DNA of 64,000 nucleotides from Elusimicrobium minutum (lineage in GTDB: Bacteria > Elusimicrobiota > Elusimicrobia > Elusimicrobiales > UBA9959): the NCBI GenBank assembly GCA_020723765.1, contig DYIF01000006.1:5486-69485 (forward strand), read 5' to 3'. Numbering within the stretch: position 1 is the stretch's first letter; every line of letters begins with the position of its first letter. Made by a program: the position numbers and the translations under genes. Below are positions 57,811 to 64,000 of the stretch, piece after piece. The notes beneath the pieces were generated by a model, which was not told where the DNA came from, ran no database searches, and saw nothing but the letters and a program-made list of their open reading frames with translations.

Positions 57811-58648
57811 AAGAAAAACTATTTCTAAGGAATTTATTGTAAAAGGAAAAGGGCTTCACGGCGGAAAAGATAGTTTTTTGATATTAAAACCCAATTTTAA
57901 TTCTACGGGCGTAGTTTTTATAAATACCGATAACGGAGAAAAAATAATCCTTTCTCCTTCCGCGGTCTGCGCTTTAGAGAGAGGAACCGTTATAGGCGAA
58001 GGCGGTTTTAAGGTATCCACCGTGGAACACTTGATGTCAGCGCTTTTCGCTTTTGAAATAGACGATGTCGAGATAGAAATTAAGGGAAACGAAGTTCCCG
58101 CTATGGATGGTTCCGCTAAATTCTTTGGAGAAATGTTAAATAAGATTCCGATAATAGAAAAAGAGGAGGAATCCGATTATTTTAATTTAGAAACTCCCAT
58201 AGAGATGGAAAGTGGAGGGAGTTATTATAAAATGGAAAAATCGGATTGTTTTAAAATAGAATGCGTTTATGAAAATAATCATCCTTTAATCAAAAGACAG
58301 GTTTTGGAACTGGAGATAAACAAAGAAAATTATCTCCGAGAAATAGCCCCTGCGAGAACCTTCGGTTTCGATTACGAAATAGAGTATCTTAAAAAAAACA
58401 ATTTGGCTTTGGGCGGAACTCTTGATAACGCCGTGGTTTTGACCAAAGATTCGGTTATGAATAAAGAAGGTTTAAGGTTTAAGGATGAGTTTGTTAGACA
58501 TAAAATATTGGATTTGTTGGGAGATTTGAAGATCGGGGGCTTAAGATTCAAAGAAATAAAAATAACGGCGATAAGACCATCTCATAAAGCAAATTACGAT
58601 CTTGTTAAACTCGTTACCGCAAGGAGCGTTTATGGAAAAACAAAATAA
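57800..58648 (+). CDS. lpxC: UDP-3-O-acyl-N-acetylglucosamine deacetylase
   Basis: [23 protein letters not shown] and [13 protein letters not shown]. Confidence 0.9.
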   Translation: MKNKRKTISKEFIVKGKGLHGGKDSFLILKPNFNSTGVVFINTDNGEKIILSPSAVCALERGTVIGEGGFKVSTVEHLMSALFAFEIDDVEIEIKGNEVPAMDGSAKFFGEMLNKIPIIEKEEESDYFNLETPIEMESGGSYYKMEKSDCFKIECVYENNHPLIKRQVLELEINKENYLREIAPARTFGFDYEIEYLKKNNLALGGTLDNAVVLTKDSVMNKEGLRFKDEFVRHKILDLLGDLKIGGLRFKEIKITAIRPSHKANYDLVKLVTARSVYGKTK

Positions 58649-59072
58649 AATTTTAAACGCGTTAGACATATTAAAATCCATACCTCACAGATACCCTTTT
58701 TTATTGGTAGATAGAGTGGAGATACTGGAAGAAAAAAAATCCGCGAAAGGAATAAAATGCGTAAGCGCAAACGAGCTTTTTTTCCACGGCCATTTTCCCG
58801 ATAGACCTATAATGCCAGGAGTTTTAATTCTTGAATCTATGGCTCAGACCGCCGCCGCTTTAATGAGTACCGACCCTATGTTAAACGGGAAGTTCGCTTT
58901 TTTTGCTGGAGTAAACAAGGCCAAATTTAGAAAACAGGTTATACCGGGCGATGTTATGGAGATTTTTATAACGGTCGATAAAATTAAAGGTAAAATCGCA
59001 AAGGTCAGCGGAGTTTGTAAAGTTAAGAACGATGTCGTCTGCGAAGCCGACCTTCTTTTTGCCGTAGATTAA
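58632..59072 (+). CDS. fabZ: 3-hydroxyacyl-ACP dehydratase FabZ
   Basis: PHRYPFLLVDRV, FFHGHFPDRPIMPGVLILESMAQ. AAGGAG lies 5 nt before the ATG at 58632. Overlaps the lpxC end by 17 nt. Confidence 0.93.
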   Translation: MEKQNKILNALDILKSIPHRYPFLLVDRVEILEEKKSAKGIKCVSANELFFHGHFPDRPIMPGVLILESMAQTAAALMSTDPMLNGKFAFFAGVNKAKFRKQVIPGDVMEIFITVDKIKGKIAKVSGVCKVKNDVVCEADLLFAVD

Positions 59073-59082
59073 AGGAGAGATT

Positions 59083-59877
59083 ATGACAAAGATACATCCG
59101 ACAGCAGTTGTGGATTCCAAAGTGAAGATAGCCAAAGGAGTAGAGATAGGACCTTATGCCGTGATAGGCGAGGAAGTGGAAATAGGAGAAAACACTTATG
59201 TGGGTCCTCATTGCGTTTTAGAGTATTGTAAAATAGGCAAAAACAATAAACTCATAGCCTCTTGTTATATAGGAATGCCCCCACAGGATTATAAATACTC
59301 GGGAGAAAAAACATATGTGGAGATAGGGGACGATAACATAATAAGAGAAGGGGCGTCCATACACAGAGGTACTCCCACCGGTCATAAACTTACCAAATTA
59401 GGTAGCGGTTGTTTTTTAATGGCAAATTCTCACATAGGACACGACTGCGTAGTTGGGGACAAAGTTATTATGGTAAACTCATCCGCTTTGGCCGGACACA
59501 CCACGGTGGAGAATAACGCCATACTTTCCGGTCTTGTCGGGGTTCATCAGTTTACCAGAATAGGAAAGTTTGCCATGTTAAGCGGCGGTTCTATGGCAAA
59601 TCAAGACATAATACCTTTCGTAATAGCTCAGGGAGATAGAGCCAAGCCTGTAGGACTTAATATAGTGGGACTAAAAAGATCGGGTTTTAGTCTTGAAAAA
59701 ATAAAATCCATAAAATACGCTTTCAAGGTTTTATTTTTTAGCGGGCTTAAACTTTCAGAGGCTTTGGATAAATTGGAAAAAGAAAACATATCCGAAGAAG
59801 TCAATCATATCGTAAAGTTTTGCAGAGAAACAAAAAGAGGAATATCAAGACCCGGGAGAAAAATATCCGATGAATAA
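59083..59877 (+). CDS. lpxA: Acyl-ACP--UDP-N-acetylglucosamine O-acyltransferase
   Basis: IHPTAVVDS, hexapeptide repeats, HIGHDC, and a helical C-domain. Confidence 0.93.
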   Translation: MTKIHPTAVVDSKVKIAKGVEIGPYAVIGEEVEIGENTYVGPHCVLEYCKIGKNNKLIASCYIGMPPQDYKYSGEKTYVEIGDDNIIREGASIHRGTPTGHKLTKLGSGCFLMANSHIGHDCVVGDKVIMVNSSALAGHTTVENNAILSGLVGVHQFTRIGKFAMLSGGSMANQDIIPFVIAQGDRAKPVGLNIVGLKRSGFSLEKIKSIKYAFKVLFFSGLKLSEALDKLEKENISEEVNHIVKFCRETKRGISRPGRKISDE

Positions 59878-60667
59878 GGTGGGTATAATAGCCGGGAGCG
59901 GAACTCTCCCGGTAATAGCCGCTAAGAATGCAAAAGATTCGGGTTATGAAGTTTATTCCGTTTGTTTTAAAAATCATACTTCTGGCGAGATTGAAAAATA
60001 TTCTAAGTTTAAATACTTTTCTATAGGAAATTTTTCAGGACCTATAGATTTTTTAAAAGAAAACGGAGTTAGAGACGTTATTCTTTTGGGAACGATATCT
60101 CATATAAACATATTTAGAGACCTAAGGCCGGATATGAGAGCCGCAAAATTTTTGTTTAATTTAAAAAACAAAACTCCAATAGAAGTTTTAAAATCCGTTT
60201 CTGCGGAGTTAGAAGAAGAAGGAATAAAAGTCGTAGATTCCACGTTGTTTCTAAAAGAGCTTATTGCCAAAAAAGGATTAATAACCGGAAAAGCGAGCGA
60301 AGAGCAAATTAAACAAGCAGAGTACGGCTTTAAAATAGCCAAAAAAATAGCGGATATGGACATAGGGCTTGCGGTCGCCGTAAAAGATTATTCGGTTATA
60401 GCGGTTGAAGCGATAGAAGGAACCGACGAGTGCATTAAAAGAGCAGGTGAGCTTTTAAAAGGGAAAAATTTTATATTGATAAAAGTTTCAAGAACAAATC
60501 AAGATTTTAGATTCGACCTGCCGGTCATAGGACATAAAACCGTTGAAAACGCGGCTAAAGCCGGATGCAATCTTATAGCCGTAGAATCTTTGAAAACGAT
60601 AATAGTCGATATGGATAAAACCTTAGAAATCGCGAAGCGACTTGATGTGTCAATACTCGGCTTATAA
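59870..60667 (+). CDS. lpxI: UDP-2,3-diacylglucosamine pyrophosphatase LpxI (DUF1009)
   Basis: GIIAGSGTLP, DIGLAVAV...AVEAIEGTDECI and DLPVIG are DUF1009 features. Follows lpxA. Confidence 0.8.
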   Translation: MNKVGIIAGSGTLPVIAAKNAKDSGYEVYSVCFKNHTSGEIEKYSKFKYFSIGNFSGPIDFLKENGVRDVILLGTISHINIFRDLRPDMRAAKFLFNLKNKTPIEVLKSVSAELEEEGIKVVDSTLFLKELIAKKGLITGKASEEQIKQAEYGFKIAKKIADMDIGLAVAVKDYSVIAVEAIEGTDECIKRAGELLKGKNFILIKVSRTNQDFRFDLPVIGHKTVENAAKAGCNLIAVESLKTIIVDMDKTLEIAKRLDVSILGL

Positions 60668-60708
60668 AATTGTATAATATATTTGTATAAAAGTTTTAAG
60701 GGGGAAGA

Positions 60709-62205
60709 ATGCTTCGGTCCAATCCTCATCTTATAGAAATAAATACGAGGGTGTTTTTAAATTATATGAGAGAGAAATACTCCTCTCCTGATATGACTTT
60801 GAGTTTGATACCCGATGACGAATGGCTTAAATTAAAGCATTTGGGTTTTGATATAGTTTGGCTTATGGGAGTGTGGAAAACAAGCTCAATATCAGCGGAT
60901 ATATCCAGAGACGAAGAGTTTTTAAGAGAGTTTGTTAAGAAGGTAGGCGCGGATATGTCCATAATATCGGCCTCTCCTTACTCCATAGTGGAGTATAAAC
61001 TCGATAGTTTTTTCGGATTTGAATGGGAACTGAAAGCTCTAAAAGAAAAACTTAATTCTTTCGGTTTGAGACTTTATCTTGATTTCGTGTCCAATCATAT
61101 GGCTATAGATTCCGAGTTTTCAAAAGAATGTGTGGATTGTTTCGTTTGCGCCGATAAAGAAGATTACGAGAGAAACAAGGAGCTTTTTTGCGAGAAAAAA
61201 ATAGGAGATAACGTATATTACATCGCTCACGGCCGCGACCCAAACTTCCCGGCGTGGAAGGATACTATACAGTTGAATTATTTTAATCCTAAAACAAGAA
61301 AAAAAATGATATCCGAGCTTGTTAAAATTTCTGATTTATGCGACGGTATAAGATGCGATATGGTTATGTTGAGTTTAAACGATATACATCAAAACGTATG
61401 GGGATGGGTTTTAAATAAAAAGGGATATCATAAACCCCAAGAGGAGTTTTGGCAGAAAGCCATAAGCGAAGTTAAAAGCGTAAATCCTCAGTTTGTTTTT
61501 ATGGCGGAGGTTTACTGGGGTTTAGAGTGGAAATTGCAGCAGTTGGGGTTTGACTATACTTACGATAAAGTTTTTTACGATAGATTAAAGAATATGGGGG
61601 CGGATGAGGTAAAAGGGCATTTAAGGGCCGAAAGGCTTTATCAAAAAAAATCGGTAAGATTCGTAGATAACCACGACGAGGAGCCGTCCATAGTTTGCTT
61701 TAACAATAAAAAACGAGCTTTAAGCGCAAGCGTAATGATTTCCACGGTTAAAGGGCTTAGATTTTATAACGATATGCAGTTAAAAGGAATAAGTTTAAGA
61801 GTTCCCGTTCAAATATCTGTTTTCGATTACGAAAAATACAAAGATATAGAGATAGAAAAATTTTACGAAAAGTTATTGAAAATAGCCGACCACCCGGCTT
61901 TTCACGGAGGGGAGTGGGAGCTTTTGGACGTTTCCGGGATTAACGAGACCGATAAAAGTTTTAGAAACATAATAGCTTATAAATGGACTCAAATGAGGAC
62001 CATTAAGATTATAATAGTAAATTATTCAAACGAGGTTTCAAACGGAAAGATCGGTGTTTCTCTAAAAGCCAAAGGCGATGTCGTTACTTTGTACGAAGAG
62101 TTTTCCGAAAGGTTTTTTTCTCTAAATTTATCGGAATTATCCGACGGTCTTAAAATAGAAAATATGGCTCCATACGCTTTCTACATATTCGACTACGAAT
62201 TTTAA
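60709..62205 (+). CDS. Alpha-amylase family (GH13) glycoside hydrolase
   Basis: GH13 conserved regions LDFVSNHM, GIRCDMV, MAEVYW and FVDNHDE. Confidence 0.8.
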   Translation: MLRSNPHLIEINTRVFLNYMREKYSSPDMTLSLIPDDEWLKLKHLGFDIVWLMGVWKTSSISADISRDEEFLREFVKKVGADMSIISASPYSIVEYKLDSFFGFEWELKALKEKLNSFGLRLYLDFVSNHMAIDSEFSKECVDCFVCADKEDYERNKELFCEKKIGDNVYYIAHGRDPNFPAWKDTIQLNYFNPKTRKKMISELVKISDLCDGIRCDMVMLSLNDIHQNVWGWVLNKKGYHKPQEEFWQKAISEVKSVNPQFVFMAEVYWGLEWKLQQLGFDYTYDKVFYDRLKNMGADEVKGHLRAERLYQKKSVRFVDNHDEEPSIVCFNNKKRALSASVMISTVKGLRFYNDMQLKGISLRVPVQISVFDYEKYKDIEIEKFYEKLLKIADHPAFHGGEWELLDVSGINETDKSFRNIIAYKWTQMRTIKIIIVNYSNEVSNGKIGVSLKAKGDVVTLYEEFSERFFSLNLSELSDGLKIENMAPYAFYIFDYEF

Positions 62206-62924
62206 TGTTTTTAAAAGAAGTAAAAGAAACATTGCTTCATTTTCTTTTCCCGCCGGTTTGTTTTTCATGCGAAATGGATATTCCTCAAGGCCAAAAAGAT
62301 ATACTTTGTGCTAAATGCCTTTCCAATTTGATTTACATAAACCCCCTTTATTGCAAAATATGCGGAATTAAAATAGACGGAGGAGATGTTTGTTATCATT
62401 GCCGAAAAAGAGACAAGAAATATAAATTTGAGTTTTCAAGGTCCGTATTTATGTATAATAAGGAAATATCCTCTATAATAATAGCGTATAAATATGAAAA
62501 AAAAGATTGGCTTTCTAAATGGATAAGCCGAAAGATGATAGATAAATTTAAAGATTACGAAGAATTTAAAGATTATAATTTTATAACTTATGTTCCAATT
62601 TCCAAAAAAAAGTTAAGAAAAAGAGGGTTTAACCAGTCCGAGTTAATCGCGCGGGATATTTCCAATGAAACGGGTTTGAGTTTGATAAAAGATGCTGTTA
62701 TAAAAATAAAGGAAAGCAAAAGCCAGGTTGATTTAAACGCCAAAGAAAGAGAAGAAAACGTAAAAGATTCTTTTAAAGTTATAAAACCTGAAATAATTCA
62801 AGACAGGAATATAATAATAATAGACGATGTCGCCACTACGATGTCCACTCTAAACGAACTTGCCGGAGTTTTAAAAGAATTCGGGGCCCAAAAAATAGCC
62901 TGCTATACTGCGGCGAGAGAGTAG
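62205..62924 (+). CDS. comFC: ComF-family protein (phosphoribosyltransferase-like)
   Basis: N-terminal Cys4 zinc finger, RGFNQSELIA, and the PRTase motif IIIIDDVATTMST. Confidence 0.8.
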   Translation: MFLKEVKETLLHFLFPPVCFSCEMDIPQGQKDILCAKCLSNLIYINPLYCKICGIKIDGGDVCYHCRKRDKKYKFEFSRSVFMYNKEISSIIIAYKYEKKDWLSKWISRKMIDKFKDYEEFKDYNFITYVPISKKKLRKRGFNQSELIARDISNETGLSLIKDAVIKIKESKSQVDLNAKEREENVKDSFKVIKPEIIQDRNIIIIDDVATTMSTLNELAGVLKEFGAQKIACYTAARE

Positions 62925-62933
62925 ATTTTAAAT

Positions 62934-63794
62934 TTAAAAATAAATGGACAATGAACTGCCGTATAACTCTTCGGTTTCATCGTAATAGTCGTCTTTGTCG
63001 GTTTCGTAGTTTATACCGAGAGAAAACGAGTCGAAATCTTTTTGTATTTCAAAACCAAGCGATTTAATTCCTTTATCGGAAGATACATATTTTGATAGAG
63101 AGTAGTCGGATTTTAGTTTCAAATCTTTTAAAATATTTATCCAAATTCCTATCGAGTAGGTTTTGTCTATATATCCTTCGGTTATAAAAGAAGATGTTAT
63201 GGATTTTTGTATCGGTCTTTTGGAAGAATCTATAGGATCAGAGTAATTAGTTTTTGAATAAGACAGGTCTAAACCTACCGATTTATATCTATTCTCCATA
63301 TAAATTCCCGTTTCAGTTTCGCCGAGTTCATACTCGGGAGTTTTGGTGAAAGAATTAGATTTAGATCTCTTGCCCGAGGAGTATGTGGTCGTCGAGATAA
63401 GATAAGAGTCTTTGTTTAGAGTATAGTTTATAAAAGCTCCGATACCGATGCTTGTTTTATTGGTGTTTTCTAAAAAATAACAAATATCAAGACCCAAAGA
63501 ATACGAAGAGTATCCGTCCGATTCCGGAGTATATCCAAAATCGGCGGAGATTTTAAATTCTTCGTTGTCATATCCAGTTTTTAAAGAAAGTTCTTTTCTT
63601 GGGTATAGCAAATCCGAAGAATAGGATGAATAGGAAGTAGAAATGTTGTAATCTCCGGTGGAAAATTCCAGAGAAAAAGAATATTTTTTATAATCGTATT
63701 TGCCGTAAGTAATATCCGTATTTAATGTAATGTCCGAATAAGATTTAGTTTTAAGCGTTAGAAAAACGAAAAAAATCAGTATAATTTTTTTCAT
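62934..63794 (-). CDS. Putative outer-membrane beta-barrel protein
   Basis: Signal peptide, alternating amphipathic Y/S/T-rich strands and a C-terminal ...SLSIYF (terminal Phe OMP signature). Confidence 0.55.
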   Translation of the reverse strand: MKKIILIFFVFLTLKTKSYSDITLNTDITYGKYDYKKYSFSLEFSTGDYNISTSYSSYSSDLLYPRKELSLKTGYDNEEFKISADFGYTPESDGYSSYSLGLDICYFLENTNKTSIGIGAFINYTLNKDSYLISTTTYSSGKRSKSNSFTKTPEYELGETETGIYMENRYKSVGLDLSYSKTNYSDPIDSSKRPIQKSITSSFITEGYIDKTYSIGIWINILKDLKLKSDYSLSKYVSSDKGIKSLGFEIQKDFDSFSLGINYETDKDDYYDETEELYGSSLSIYF

Positions 63795-63802
63795 ATATCT
63801 AA

Positions 63803-63827
63803 GCCCCTTCCTTTTTTGGGAAGGGGC
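63803..63827 (-). terminator. GC-rich hairpin between two minus-strand genes (possible terminator)
   Basis: 9-bp stem GCCCCTTCC/GGAAGGGGC with a 7-nt loop. There is no clear U-tract on the minus strand. Confidence 0.4.
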
Positions 63828-63839
63828 CCTCCTTTGAGT

Positions 63840-64000
63840 TTATTTTTTCCCTTTTTTTGAATGATTTTCTTTATGTTTTATTTTGCCGGCGTTTCCTTTG
63901 TTTTGTATCTTGTTTTCTATTTTCTCGCCTGATTTTGGTTCTTCGGCTTTTTGAATCATTTTTTGAGAGGATTCCATTTGTTTTTCAGCCGCCGTTTCAT
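63840..64000 (-). CDS. Unknown protein, C-terminal fragment (5' end outside window)
   Basis: The minus-strand frame is open from the window edge to TAA at 63840-63842 (...ETAAEKQMESSQKMIQKAEEPKSGEKIENKIQNKGNAGKIKHKENHSKKGKK*). Lys-rich tail. Confidence 0.4.
   Translation of the reverse strand, partial: ETAAEKQMESSQKMIQKAEEPKSGEKIENKIQNKGNAGKIKHKENHSKKGKK

Noticed and set aside
299-60962. Numerous ORF-track entries antisense to or nested in confidently assigned genes. Examples: 2069-2371, 3296-3781, 4847-5194, 5200-5526, 16457-17053 (198 aa), 23063-23620 (185 aa), 24185-24610 (141 aa), 42480-42908, 51511-51912, 57232-57660.
   Set aside because: Each overlaps a gene with strong family motifs on the other strand or frame. 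Their translations are low-complexity or biased (S/F/L/I-rich or R/K-rich) with no motifs. This pattern is typical of shadow ORFs in AT-rich DNA.

Overview
This is a 64-kb chromosomal window from a low-GC, diderm (LPS-making) bacterium. The phylum cannot be assigned from sequence alone, and all protein calls rest on motif recognition by eye because no searches were run. Most of the window is tightly packed housekeeping DNA. It includes pcrA-gatC-gatA-nudix-gatB, recA-xerD, nadA, dusB, glycerate kinase, lpxB-msbA-rel, pyrB, suhB and rnhA-rnpB. It also holds the classic tuf-rpmG-tRNA(Trp)-secE-nusG-rplK-rplA cluster, followed by skp-lpxD-lpxC-fabZ-lpxA-lpxI. The exception is an accessory stretch between pcrA and trmH (about 7.7-17.2 kb), whose first 4.5 kb is visibly more AT-rich than the core genes. 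This stretch holds three items. (1) A translationally coupled SIR2-like gene plus a 1131-aa protein with an N-terminal TIR domain and about 1000 aa of unassigned sequence. This pair resembles Thoeris and DSR but matches neither architecture, and it is the best candidate for an undescribed NAD+-targeting defence system. (2) An AAA_14/DUF4143-type ATPase plus an ERCC4-like nuclease with a winged-helix tail, preceded by twin 19-bp palindromic operators. (3) A 734-aa secreted protein gene (744 aa from the upstream ATG) bracketed by two copies of a 38-bp quasi-palindrome. Other oddities are listed here. A 49-nt perfect duplication covers the tRNA-Trp 3' end. An LtaS-like gene is broken at a homopolymer run. 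A roughly 110-bp heptad-periodic array lies downstream of xerD. The sigma-54 homologue is unusually short. RNase P RNA starts directly at the rnhA stop codon. No CRISPR array, rRNA, transposase or phage integrase was seen.
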